DNA from: a virus
Lineage: Duplodnaviria; Caudoviricetes
Reading direction: 5' to 3' (one strand)
Virus record (IMG/VR): IMGVR_UViG_3300020048_003360
Location: 32,001-96,000 of that record
DNA length: 64,000 nucleotides
In this document: positions 30,567 to 40,748 of the stretch, one piece after another
Layout: every line of letters begins with the position of its first letter
Numbering within the stretch: the first letter of the stretch is position 1
Notes under the pieces: generated by a model
The model's input: the letters and a program-made list of their open reading frames with translations, nothing else
Told to the model about the DNA's origin: nothing
Database searches by the model: none
Program-made: the position numbers and the translations under genes

Positions 30567-30601
30567 CATATAAGTAATATATTGCCAAAATTATTTTGAA
30601 T
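30567..30601 (-). promoter_or_regulatory. Early promoter
   Basis: 35-bp motif copy upstream of the DHH gene. Confidence 0.8.
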
Positions 30602-30652
30602 ACGACATATAGAGACACTAGCACCATAGTGCTAGTGTCTCTATAGTCTTAA

Positions 30653-30859
30653 CTATATTACTTCAATTAAAACATTTTCACCCTCTAAAAAATCAATATA
30701 ACATGTTCTACAAAAACTTACTTTTGTAGTGTGTCCATCTATTGACATCCATAATGTTACCGCAGCATCCTCGTGATGATGTCTAGTACACTTAGTGTCA
30801 TCTAGAACACTTATCGCGCTATATACACTATGTGTATTTTTATTTAAGTTCAAAATCAC
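30653..30859 (-). CDS. Small hypothetical protein (C...H/CxxC)
   Basis: 68 aa; AAAGGA RBS with GTG start. Confidence 0.5.
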   Translation of the reverse strand: MILNLNKNTHSVYSAISVLDDTKCTRHHHEDAAVTLWMSIDGHTTKVSFCRTCYIDFLEGENVLIEVI

Positions 30860-30871
30860 TAAGTAGTTCCT

Positions 30872-31513
30872 TTAAATACTAGTATTAGTAGTTGTAGTTG
30901 TTTGGTATCTAAAATAAACTACAGGTGGCTCTACAGGAGCTACATCACATGTATAGTCATAGTCTTCTAAAAATTCTAACATTAGTTTTAAATCCACTAT
31001 ACCATTTTCATATCTACTAATAGTTTCTACCATTTTATTAGTATCATTAATTAATACTTCAGCTAGTAGATTTTCACTCTTTTTAAGACTATCTCTTTTT
31101 AACAATCTCTTTATTGTTTTATTTCTTTTCTTTATTTTAGCTCGTAATCTAGCTATTTCTATTGTATTGCCAACAATACTTTCATTAATTTTTTCTTTCA
31201 TTATATCTAATGGATTAGTAATGTCTAAATTAATACTATCTGAATCCATTATACTAATAAACATCCCCGCTAATTGACCTAATATTTTAGCGATACCATT
31301 ATCTACACCAGAATCAATTTCCCCAGTAGCATCATAACGACTTTTTCTATCTGGATTACTAAGTATTCCGTATGCTGTTTGTAGTTTTACAAATTCATCA
31401 TTATCACCACCCTCCCTATCTGGGTGATGTTGATTAGCTAGTCGTTTATACGCTTTTTTAATATCCTCATTACTAGCATTTTTATCTACGCCCACTACAG
31501 TATACGGATTCAT
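30872..31513 (-). CDS. J-domain (DnaJ-like) co-chaperone
   Basis: NPYTVVGV...IKKAYKRLANQHHPDREGG...AYGILSNPDRKSRYD; HPD motif intact. Confidence 0.9.
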   Translation of the reverse strand: MNPYTVVGVDKNASNEDIKKAYKRLANQHHPDREGGDNDEFVKLQTAYGILSNPDRKSRYDATGEIDSGVDNGIAKILGQLAGMFISIMDSDSINLDITNPLDIMKEKINESIVGNTIEIARLRAKIKKRNKTIKRLLKRDSLKKSENLLAEVLINDTNKMVETISRYENGIVDLKLMLEFLEDYDYTCDVAPVEPPVVYFRYQTTTTTNTSI

Positions 31514-31521
31514 CTTATTTC

Positions 31522-31887
31522 CTATTCAATACAACTCTCTAAATTAGTAGAAACTTCTAATTTAATATGACTTTCTAAAGCACTGGGTAATTGTGAGTGT
31601 GTTTTTGGATCCATGAGCGTGATATCGGCATATATTGGTTGATGTATAACTAAACCCCACCACTTGTCTTTTATAATTCCAGCTTTCATACATCTACAAC
31701 CACAGATTAGGCCATGTGCAGCCAGATCCCAAAGAGCATCTGTAAAAGTATCAAAAGATACATTATTAGCATTTGTCCTAACCATTATTTCAGTAGTGCC
31801 TAATGCATTCTCTTTATATATGTTATCTAGAACTATTAAAATTTTATTTTGCAACACTAGTCGTATCATGAAAAATAATCTCATCAA
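31522..31887 (-). CDS. Hypothetical protein
   Basis: 121-aa ORF; start uncertain. Confidence 0.45.
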   Translation of the reverse strand: MMRLFFMIRLVLQNKILIVLDNIYKENALGTTEIMVRTNANNVSFDTFTDALWDLAAHGLICGCRCMKAGIIKDKWWGLVIHQPIYADITLMDPKTHSQLPSALESHIKLEVSTNLESCIE

Positions 31888-31972
31888 TATATTTTAACCA
31901 CAATATTCACTACTCTAATTTACGCTTAAGAGTAGTGAACATGTTCCCTGAATACGGGATCGTATCCACATA

Positions 31973-32482
31973 TCATTTAGAATTTATTCTCTTATAAGTA
32001 ATAAAATGATAATCTACATAACCTGCCATTTTATTTACAATTCTATCATTTTCTTGCCATATAGACGGATCTATTTGAGGAAAATATGCATCACCTATAA
32101 AACTGGCTTGAATTTCAGTTATATGAAGATTATCCGCATCTGATATTATCTGACTATAAATATTAGCGCCTCCAATAAAAAATACTTCAGATTCTTTAGA
32201 AGATATAGCAAGCGCTTCTTCTATAGAAGTTGCGATTAAACAACCATCAGCTTTATAGTCTACATTGCTGGTAATAATAACTGAAGTGCGACCAGGTAAT
32301 GGTCTACCTATAGATTCGTAGGTCTTACGTCCCATTAAAATATGGTGACCCATAGTTAATTCTTTAAAACGCTTAAGGTCAGCAGGTATATTCCAAGGTA
32401 GTTTGTTATCAATTCCAATAATGCCGTTATTTGATACTGCAGCTATAACGTTTATTACTAATTGTTTATTACGTGACGACAT
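31973..32482 (-). CDS. folA: Dihydrofolate reductase
   Basis: IAAVSNNGIIG, LPWNIPADLKRFKELT, MGRKTYESIGRPLPGR, IGGANIY, GDAYFP. Confidence 0.95.
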   Translation of the reverse strand: MSSRNKQLVINVIAAVSNNGIIGIDNKLPWNIPADLKRFKELTMGHHILMGRKTYESIGRPLPGRTSVIITSNVDYKADGCLIATSIEEALAISSKESEVFFIGGANIYSQIISDADNLHITEIQASFIGDAYFPQIDPSIWQENDRIVNKMAGYVDYHFITYKRINSK

Positions 32483-33215
32483 TACTTATATTCCAGTATC
32501 AATTAAGAAAATATTAAATAGTAAAAAAAACTTAAGTAACATATTATATTAAGATAGCAAAATCTCAAAACCCCTAAATTATACTATTTCTAGTTTGTAT
32601 GCAATTCGTAATTTTTTCTTTTATAAATTAAAAATTAAAATTGATTCTCTGTTTTTAAAAACTTTAATTTAAAAACTCATAGAGGTCTATTCTACAGCTT
32701 TAAATTTTAATTTGATAGGGTAGAATAGGTTAAGTACTCTAGTCTTCTATATGGTACCTTAAAACTCTTTTGTTTAGATTTTGTATAGTTAACTAAACTT
32801 TAATTTTACAAAAAATAAAAAATAAATTCTTAATTTGAAAATCTACCTGCAATATTATATTTATTATATTTATCTTGATTTTTTCGTGGGTTTTCTATTG
32901 GGGTTTTTATTAAAATATTTCTTCTTTTAAAATCCTATAGTATAATGGAAATGTCTCTCGCTTGGGGCTTCGACATTTCCTTATAATAGATTTACTTTTT
33001 AAAATCCCATAGTATAATCTCCCCCTAGTGATCGGTTCGCTTCGCTCCCTCACTATTTATTGACCTCACCCCCAATCCCCCTCTCCAAAATATTTTTACC
33101 GAAAAAAAAAGTAAAAAATATATTGAAAAAGGAAAAAAGGGAGCTGTGTAAACAGTTATTTTTTTACATAAATACTTGCCTACATAACAGTAGTGAAACA
33201 GATATTTTTTTACTT
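32483..33215. other. ~730-bp very AT-rich non-coding region with direct repeats and a hairpin
   Basis: No credible ORF; TTTTAAAATCC(T/C)ATAGTATAAT twice, flanking GGAAATGTC...GACATTTCC. Confidence 0.5.
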
Positions 33216-33566
33216 TTACTGACGCATAATATTACTCAACCCATAGTCTGGTGGAAAATATCCAATTACTGGTGTGGTGATTCGATTTATACTAATGCTA
33301 GTTGTGATAAATTCATTAATACCAATTTCTATACTATCTGCTAAATAAATACCATCGTCACTACCGTAGTACGTACTACAGCCAATAATGGAACTATCAC
33401 TATTCATTGACTCCTTGATAAGATTATTAATATCCACATAACTTCCAGCCACAAACAATGAAATAGTGTTACCATTAAACTCTTCAATAGTCACTAAATG
33501 CGCTGTTTGAATTGGAAGTATTGGAGTACCTGCCTTTTTACAATGAATGACATTATCTATAAACAT
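33216..33566 (-). CDS. Hypothetical protein
   Basis: 116 aa; AGGA RBS. Confidence 0.55.
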   Translation of the reverse strand: MFIDNVIHCKKAGTPILPIQTAHLVTIEEFNGNTISLFVAGSYVDINNLIKESMNSDSSIIGCSTYYGSDDGIYLADSIEIGINEFITTSISINRITTPVIGYFPPDYGLSNIMRQ

Positions 33567-33619
33567 TTAAATTCCTAAAAAATATAGCAGAGGTAGTATT
33601 ATCTCTGCTATATAGTCTG

Positions 33620-35170
33620 TTATAGTGGCGTGCCGATATTCACACTGGTGTACGAGAGTGCTTTATTTTCCATTAGAGTCCGTTTTTGCTCGTGGTATTG
33701 AAGGTGCTTCGGTATATCGGTGCACACGAAATAGAGAAAGCGTGGTGTACTACCATCCTTTAATGGACGCAGTCTACCTAGAGACTGTAGATTTGCCTGA
33801 ATAGAGGATACCGCAATCGTTAAAATCACAGTACTGAGTCCTGCAATATCCACTGCAGTACCAGCTGATCCCAATGTAGAAACAGATATATCGGACGTCA
33901 TCAGACTATCAAAATCGTCCTCGGCAGTATATTTGTTTATACTCAGATTAAAATACTTTCCTCCAGAATGTGAAGAGAGTTTATCTCTTAAGTACTTTAC
34001 TACTAATTCACACATCTCAATTGAAATACAGAATATTAAGCATTTCTGATTTGGTTTATAGTACTGTAGATAAGATCCTTTAAAAGTTTCCCATATCAAA
34101 TTGAAGTAATTACTAGTTACTACTTTATCACGTAGTATTGATTGCTCAAACATATGGTGACTATAAGTAGAACTTACTCTATCTAAATGCTTTATTTTAA
34201 ATGGATCTTTAAATCTATAAAAAATAGCTGTTGATGATACATATCTCCTATAAGCCTCACCAGCATACTGTAGATGTACTGGATATACTACTCCATACAT
34301 TTTAGATATAAAAGGATCATCAGACTTTAAAGTAGCGGATAGTGAAATACTACGATAGACATTAGTGTTTAATAGGATTTTAAATGCAGCATGAAACTCC
34401 TGATGAGCCTCATCAATAAGTAGAATACCCACACCTAATAACTTACAAAAGTCTTCAGGTATGCATGCGTATCCTATTGCTGTAGTTTCATATTGAAACT
34501 TCTCATATAGTTTAATCCAATTTGATAGAGTCTTCATACTGACTAAAATTATCTTAGCAGTTAATTCTCCATTTTCAGCTGCTGATAATAAAGTCAATAA
34601 CTGACTAGATCCACGTATTACCAAAACATCATCTGGATCTATATCGTATTTTTCATTAATCTCAATTTCCCATTTTTCTAAATACATGGGTTTTACTACA
34701 ATTAATGTTCTATGTCTGATTGTGGACATTGCCTTTAAAGCGCAAATCCCCTTACCCATACCTGTCTGTAGGTTTAAAAACTTAGCAACAGGTGGACCTA
34801 CAGAAGTAAGATATTCCACTATTGGTATCTGATAGTCCCTAAGAACCCATTCGGGTTTCATTTTCAATTCTACCTGAACTGGCATTGGAAATGGAATTGA
34901 ATCATGACCAACTAAGTCATCTACTAATCCAAACCCTTTAATAAAACAAATGAATTCGGATAATTGGTTAATATGAAAACGATATTCACTACGATCCATA
35001 GTAGATGTCGCAAATACTCTTACGGGCATTTTACTATAGTTCCCACGATCTTTTACCCAATTATAATGAATAAGAGTACTCGCAAACTTATTTATAGCTT
35101 CTCTAGCCCTAGGAGTAATTTTTGTTATTTTAAAAAAGTGAGATGCTGTAGTAATCAATAGTTCTGCCAT
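33620..35170 (-). CDS. Superfamily-2 helicase (phiKZ gp75-like)
   Basis: Walker A LQTGMGKG, DEAH, SAT motif III, QSLGRLR motif VI. Confidence 0.9.
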   Translation of the reverse strand: MAELLITTASHFFKITKITPRAREAINKFASTLIHYNWVKDRGNYSKMPVRVFATSTMDRSEYRFHINQLSEFICFIKGFGLVDDLVGHDSIPFPMPVQVELKMKPEWVLRDYQIPIVEYLTSVGPPVAKFLNLQTGMGKGICALKAMSTIRHRTLIVVKPMYLEKWEIEINEKYDIDPDDVLVIRGSSQLLTLLSAAENGELTAKIILVSMKTLSNWIKLYEKFQYETTAIGYACIPEDFCKLLGVGILLIDEAHQEFHAAFKILLNTNVYRSISLSATLKSDDPFISKMYGVVYPVHLQYAGEAYRRYVSSTAIFYRFKDPFKIKHLDRVSSTYSHHMFEQSILRDKVVTSNYFNLIWETFKGSYLQYYKPNQKCLIFCISIEMCELVVKYLRDKLSSHSGGKYFNLSINKYTAEDDFDSLMTSDISVSTLGSAGTAVDIAGLSTVILTIAVSSIQANLQSLGRLRPLKDGSTPRFLYFVCTDIPKHLQYHEQKRTLMENKALSYTSVNIGTPL

Positions 35171-35252
35171 TATGTTTCCTTAAATATCAAATTACAGACC
35201 CTTAGAGGGGTCCTAAAGAGCCTGTAAGATTCTACCTACACCTTTACTACGG

Positions 35253-35325
35253 GTGATATACTAACAATTTATCGAGTGGATGGTCTGGTCTGTTAGTAAT
35301 TAAGTAAGAGTTTGGACTAGTGATA
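35253..35325 (-). repeat. Orphan copy of the beta' 3' end (copy B)
   Basis: 68/73 nt identical to 36279-36351; translates ITSPNSYLITNRPDHPLDKLLVYHP-stop. Confidence 0.9.
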
Positions 35326-35332
35326 CATCTAT

Positions 35333-36136
35333 TTAGTCTACCCAAACATAATCGTCATACTGTTCCTCAGGATTAAAAATTCTACTCAGTGCTATCTCTT
35401 TAGATAGTCCGGACTCAATAGAATACTCATTCACCGAATTATAAATAGTGTTTTTTATTATACACTGGCGTTCATACATGTCTTTTTTATAGTAATACAT
35501 AGGAAACTTTGGATCACGTAATCTTCTCCGTAATGTAGGTGATGGAATTTTTGTAGCACTAGTAGAAGCTAATAGCGACTCATATTCGACACCATCTATT
35601 ATAATCCTCACTTGCCTATCTAACCTACTCTGAATGAGTTTTGCCAGTGCTTCAGGATTATTAGCTAAGTATTTCTTTATACCGGCACTAACTCTTAATC
35701 CGGCAGTAGGATTATTCTTATAATAGTTTTTTATTGTCATACTACGAGCAAGAGATTTGGTAGAATTACTTAATGTTTTATTAGCTTTTTCTGCTGGATA
35801 TAGATTGTAGACATATGGTTCTCCAAAATACCTATTTAGTAATACGGTTTCAGCATCAAAAGCTCGTCCTTTATTAATAGTCAATGCAAAATAGAAAATC
35901 ACATGTGGATCTTTTTTATAATCTTCTTGCAGTAATCTATTTGTGTGACTACCGACTCTTAAAAACCATTTGTGTTTTTCAAATCTTTTTTTAAGATCAT
36001 TTGAATGACCAATATAGACTTTATTACTACTATGTCGGATTAGATATACTCCACTTTTTTTATCTAAATCCGACATACTTAAAAACATACCGACTGGACT
36101 AAAACTAAATTCTAAAAATATATCTATATCATGCAT
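35333..36136 (-). mobile_element. Free-standing GIY-YIG homing endonuclease #1
   Basis: GVY-x9-YIG, conserved Arg/His, Glu (DAET) and Asn (VYN); C-terminal HTH-like repeats. Confidence 0.85.
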
Positions 36137-36272
36137 ATACTACCTCATTAAATTGAATATTAGCGATCGTCGTAGGCCATGTAGACGCAGGCCACTATAT
36201 ATCATTCATAATAATGAGGCAATATATTTTATTTATTATTAGAAAATTACTTCATAATAGTAAAATATAACC

Positions 36273-38243
36273 TCATGAGTGATATACTAACAGCCTATCC
36301 AATGGATGGTCTGGTCTGTTAGTAATTAAGTAAGAGTTTGGACTAGTGATAACACGGCGGTGGGATTCAAATGCCATAGCGGCGGACAAGGATCGATTTA
36401 CCATAGTTACTTTCATTACTCCTAATTCGTTTTTAGTAAATGGTTTAGGTAAACCATAATTGTTTTCACTATCATTAATGACCATACTGGCGTAAAACAC
36501 TACATCCAATACAGCTAAATTAACATTTAGTTTATCATTAACAAGATCAAACAACTCTACTAAAGCACTATTAGCGGTCGTTAGTTTATTACGTTTCTGT
36601 AACTTCCCTACTGATGATTCTAACATTTTCGCAATGTCTGCCGAATGATCTCCCATTGAGAAATGTTTCAGTGGTAACGTAAGAATCTCTTTAGAAAAAT
36701 TCCAGTCCTTCATGTCGATTACATAATTTCCCCGTTCATTTACTACCCATCCTTTCACTTTAATATATTCTAATAAATCAGTAGTCATGCTAGCTAGTCG
36801 TTGATTTAAACTAACTACAAAACTCTCAATATGTCCATTCACCATAATACCTATTTCAGATAATTCTGAAATTCTAGTAATATTTAAATCGTTAACGTTA
36901 GCTATTTCCATAACGTCAGTAATATTACTAGCTTCATCTGCAGCTACTATTAAAAAGACTTGTTTTTGTTTCAGAGTTTCTGTTAGGAGATAAGATGATT
37001 TATCTGTCGATACTTTTAAAAACTTTGCAGCTTTATCACTTAACGTAATACCAACTACTACTGAACTCCAGTCTAAATGCTTTACTGATAAAACATTTTG
37101 ACTAGATTTTTGAGCCAGTGATGTACAGCAAATTTGACCAAGATTTGTCCTATCTGGTATTGAATAGGATAATTCACCAAAACAAGTACTACAGACACCA
37201 TAAGGATCGGGATGCTGACAATGTATGGCCATACGTAATTTTATTGTATGTCCAATTAAATGGGTGTCAGTTTTCTTAATTATCTTAAGTACCCCATCTG
37301 TATCTAAATAGTATTTACCAATTAATTGTGATAAATCTCCTTTACGCTTTAGTGTTCCGTTTTCATAAAGTGAATCACGCACATGCCATGTTAAGTATTC
37401 TTTACTACCACAATCTCCCATATGTAGGTTTTGAACTACTTGAGACATTAACTGTAGTCGTCTAGAAAAATATTCAGCTTGTTGAAGAGGGGTCTTGCTG
37501 AACATTAAGCTCTTAGCAGCTGATCGGGATTCTATAAAGGAACTATAGAAGGTACGCAGTCCAGATACATATCCAGTAGTGATTGGAATCGGAAATAATA
37601 CGCTATCTGTATCTGTAATAAAACCTCTAGCAGAAACACATTGTAGAGTCTGATCCATACTAACTAAATTACCACGAATTGCAATAGCAATTGGATTATT
37701 GGCTAGCTCACTATCATTAAGTAAACTATTCCTAACAATACTATATGTTTTATCTATTGAACTTTGTGTTGGCTCAATAGTATCATTAGCCTCTTTTATT
37801 TTTGGATAGTTCATTACATTAATGAAATCCGTTATATCGAGCGATGTAGTATGTCCCTCACATACTACGGTTAATTTATTATAGATTTCATTAGTAATTT
37901 CATATACACGTCTAGCTAACGAATCTCTAAATTCAAGTTCATTACTATACTCAGATACGTATGTATCATAAACTGCCCACATACATACTCCTAAAAGCGA
38001 TAGGTGTGTATTACTACCCAATCTACCGTTTCCAATTATAGTAGAAACATGATGTTTTGATAATAATGGAGTTCTTGGATATGTCCTATGAAAATCCCAT
38101 GCAAATGATGAGTATTGTGTTTCTCTTGCATTTGTTTCTATCTCAATACCATCATCAAATAGTAAAGTAAACGGACCTGTAAGCGTGTCAAATAGTGTTT
38201 CTGTACTAAAACACAATAATGATCTAGCTAAAATTGTACGCAT
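36273..38243 (-). CDS. rpoC: Non-virion RNAP beta' C-terminal subunit (phiKZ gp74-like)
   Basis: SRRLQL, DCGS, HCQHPDPYGVCSTCFG, QNVLSVKH; 656 aa. Confidence 0.9.
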   Translation of the reverse strand: MRTILARSLLCFSTETLFDTLTGPFTLLFDDGIEIETNARETQYSSFAWDFHRTYPRTPLLSKHHVSTIIGNGRLGSNTHLSLLGVCMWAVYDTYVSEYSNELEFRDSLARRVYEITNEIYNKLTVVCEGHTTSLDITDFINVMNYPKIKEANDTIEPTQSSIDKTYSIVRNSLLNDSELANNPIAIAIRGNLVSMDQTLQCVSARGFITDTDSVLFPIPITTGYVSGLRTFYSSFIESRSAAKSLMFSKTPLQQAEYFSRRLQLMSQVVQNLHMGDCGSKEYLTWHVRDSLYENGTLKRKGDLSQLIGKYYLDTDGVLKIIKKTDTHLIGHTIKLRMAIHCQHPDPYGVCSTCFGELSYSIPDRTNLGQICCTSLAQKSSQNVLSVKHLDWSSVVVGITLSDKAAKFLKVSTDKSSYLLTETLKQKQVFLIVAADEASNITDVMEIANVNDLNITRISELSEIGIMVNGHIESFVVSLNQRLASMTTDLLEYIKVKGWVVNERGNYVIDMKDWNFSKEILTLPLKHFSMGDHSADIAKMLESSVGKLQKRNKLTTANSALVELFDLVNDKLNVNLAVLDVVFYASMVINDSENNYGLPKPFTKNELGVMKVTMVNRSLSAAMAFESHRRVITSPNSYLITNRPDHPLDRLLVYHS

Positions 38244-38267
38244 TGCCTTCTCCAGTTGAGATAACTA

Positions 38268-38302
38268 CATATAGGTAATATATTGCTATAAAAATATTAA
38301 GT
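38268..38302 (-). promoter_or_regulatory. Early promoter
   Basis: 35-bp motif copy upstream of beta'-C. Confidence 0.75.
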
Positions 38303-38348
38303 ACAGTAATGAAGAGATGTTATTTCTCTTCATTACTAATACCCAGTA

Positions 38349-40502
38349 TTACCAACTAGGAATATAGTTTTTGTAAATAAAGCTCCAGCCACTAGTACAT
38401 GCCATGTGCTTTACCAATACCAATGGTTTACTATGACCTATTGGATTTATATTACGATCTACATTTCTATCTATGTTAGTAGGAATATTAGCATTCAATA
38501 TTGACTCCAATACCATTTTGTGAGTAATTAATGAATTATTGCGATCTAAAATATCAGCAGTTATATCAGAACCACAATAACTAGCATAAATTCTAGTTTC
38601 AGATTCACCTAACGCCCTGATGGCTTGATTCCTACTGGGTTGTGAAAACTTATCACTATTTGTTACTTGTGATAAGACTCCAAAATGTTGTAACTTACCA
38701 GACGATACAGCTGTCCAATCATCTGCTGTTTTTTCCAACAAGATCATATAGACACTACCGATTCTAGTAGACTCTGTAGTAGTTACCCTTACTCCGGTAG
38801 CTCCCACATAACTAACTGGACCATATGTGGGTCTAAAATGTCTTTCTATTTCTTCTACTACCTCTTTTGGTTCTGGGGCGTTGCTGGGTGGCATATACAG
38901 ATAAATACCATTACGGACTACCTCAGATAGGTGTCTACTGCGTTTATCCTTATACTCCTTTTTAGTACGATTATCTACATACTCTCCATCTGTAAGTATC
39001 ACATACATTTTTGGAGATAGGATTTTATAATAAGCCATCAGATAATCCCATGCCCTATCTAATAACTCACTACCCGTATTTTCTAATCCCAATAACTTTC
39101 TACTAACATCATCCTCGTTTTTATCAATGTGTAGTATTTTACAGATTACTTTTACAACATCCCTAGACGCTGAGTTAAAATACTGCTCATAGAGTCTACC
39201 GATATTCATTCGACCAACAGTTGATAAAGCATCCATTACTATATCTGCTCTATTACCATCGGTATCTACTGGCATTTCATGTGGTTCTGCTATTTTACAA
39301 ATAACGCCTTTCCCCCCATGAAAATCTGATATTTTAAAACCTATAGTGGGAGTAGTTTCGTACTCTATTACAAACTCCACCCTATAGTCATCCAGTGGTG
39401 TATTATGGTAAAGTTTAATGATTTGTTGTGGATCGGTATCCATAACTGCCATTGCTTCCACCAGCATTCTATGTAACTCTGGCGTTAATCTAAGATTATC
39501 ACCACGTTGTTTCTTTAACCTGTGATATTCATCAATTAACTCCTTATAGAAACGATATCTAGCTTCATTATACTTATCAGCCTGATCATCCATGGTTGGA
39601 GTATCGGCTAATTTACTAGCGGTATTTTTAGAATCATGATGTATTTTAATGTCCACCACTACACCACCAGCACCACCTGCGTATGTTAATTTATCAAAAA
39701 TAAAATCAGGCTCCATTAAATCCGATATACTTTGTTCCACAACAGCTAATTCTTTATTATAATTTCGTAAACACATTAGAATACCATCACTACGTATTCT
39801 ATCTCCAATATCTGGAAATGGTTTATAATTATCTGCATCGCCGTACAGATTTAATGGAAATCGTTTACTACCCCACTCCACACTCCTGTTTTCATATGTC
39901 TTAAAACTAAATTTCTTTAAGACGTCACTACTGATCATTACGCCATCTTCAGATACAGATGGATGTGACATATATGCTACATTACACTCTATACCGTACT
40001 TATAACCACCATTACTGGTTATCGATGGTGAATTCATTAAGATAGTGCCAGCAGCCATAAAGGCACCTACACGTACTTCAGCTAACGATGGAGTTGGTTT
40101 ATACTCAAAACCAAAATACTGGTGATAGGAGCAGTATTTTGGTATACTCAACATACCTATTTCTTTAGTGTTAATATCCTCATATAGCACTACTGTTTGT
40201 GGGTTAAACTTAATTGTCTCCCTACCGACCCTATATGGGTAACGTTCAATTATTTTTATTATTTCAACTCCATTATTACCATTTGGATCACCTGGTATTT
40301 TTATAGAAAATGTGTATTTACCATACTCCCTTTCCATTCCAGTTTGAATAAAACGTTCAGTAGCCCCGCTCACCACTAAACTCTGACTAATATGTGATGA
40401 TCCCATTTGCTGACGAGGTGAGCTATCGTGCGCTGCAAATGGATTTAAACTTACAACACCTAATAATTCTCTATGGAGTTCATTAGGGTTTTTCATACTC
40501 AT
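38349..40502 (-). CDS. rpoB: Non-virion RNAP beta subunit C-half (phiKZ gp71-73-like, uninterrupted)
   Basis: RQQMGSSH, SEDG, KISDFHGGKGV, GRMNIG, GESE motifs; 717 aa. Confidence 0.9.
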   Translation of the reverse strand: MSMKNPNELHRELLGVVSLNPFAAHDSSPRQQMGSSHISQSLVVSGATERFIQTGMEREYGKYTFSIKIPGDPNGNNGVEIIKIIERYPYRVGRETIKFNPQTVVLYEDINTKEIGMLSIPKYCSYHQYFGFEYKPTPSLAEVRVGAFMAAGTILMNSPSITSNGGYKYGIECNVAYMSHPSVSEDGVMISSDVLKKFSFKTYENRSVEWGSKRFPLNLYGDADNYKPFPDIGDRIRSDGILMCLRNYNKELAVVEQSISDLMEPDFIFDKLTYAGGAGGVVVDIKIHHDSKNTASKLADTPTMDDQADKYNEARYRFYKELIDEYHRLKKQRGDNLRLTPELHRMLVEAMAVMDTDPQQIIKLYHNTPLDDYRVEFVIEYETTPTIGFKISDFHGGKGVICKIAEPHEMPVDTDGNRADIVMDALSTVGRMNIGRLYEQYFNSASRDVVKVICKILHIDKNEDDVSRKLLGLENTGSELLDRAWDYLMAYYKILSPKMYVILTDGEYVDNRTKKEYKDKRSRHLSEVVRNGIYLYMPPSNAPEPKEVVEEIERHFRPTYGPVSYVGATGVRVTTTESTRIGSVYMILLEKTADDWTAVSSGKLQHFGVLSQVTNSDKFSQPSRNQAIRALGESETRIYASYCGSDITADILDRNNSLITHKMVLESILNANIPTNIDRNVDRNINPIGHSKPLVLVKHMACTSGWSFIYKNYIPSW

Positions 40503-40547
40503 ACGTTTACTCCTTATGAAATTAATTAAATAGTACTAATCAGTACC

Positions 40548-40582
40548 CATATAGATAATATATTGCCATAATTTCTTTGAAT
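40548..40582 (-). promoter_or_regulatory. Early promoter
   Basis: 35-bp motif; 33 bp identical to the copy at 49089. Confidence 0.8.
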
Positions 40583-40633
40583 AAAAAAATATAGTAAAGA
40601 TAGACTACTATCTTTACTATATCGTATTAATTT

Positions 40634-40735
40634 TTATATATCAGTAGAGGATAGTGAAAGTTTATTAGCGTCGCCTAAAACTACCAAGCCTTTTGCGATT
40701 GCACTACATACATCTCTTGGATTAATTGTGTTCAT
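40634..40735 (-). CDS. 33-aa mini-paralog of the MYDEICKSIALG family (not in the ORF track)
   Basis: MNTINPRDVCSAIAKGLVVLGDANKLSLSSTDI; same AAGGATTTAAAA RBS as its neighbours. Confidence 0.55.
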   Translation of the reverse strand: MNTINPRDVCSAIAKGLVVLGDANKLSLSSTDI

Positions 40736-40748
40736 TTTTTAAATCCTT

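Noticed and set aside
33060-33344. 94-aa + strand ORF
   Set aside because: Low-complexity, no RBS, partly antisense to a better ORF
35326-36272. GIY-YIG #1 as an intron-encoded ORF
   Set aside because: No P/Q/R/S elements, too little flanking sequence for a ribozyme core, and beta' already ends with its own stop
38349-40502. Intron in nvRNAP beta as in phiKZ gp71-73
   Set aside because: ORF is continuous (717 aa) with motifs in frame
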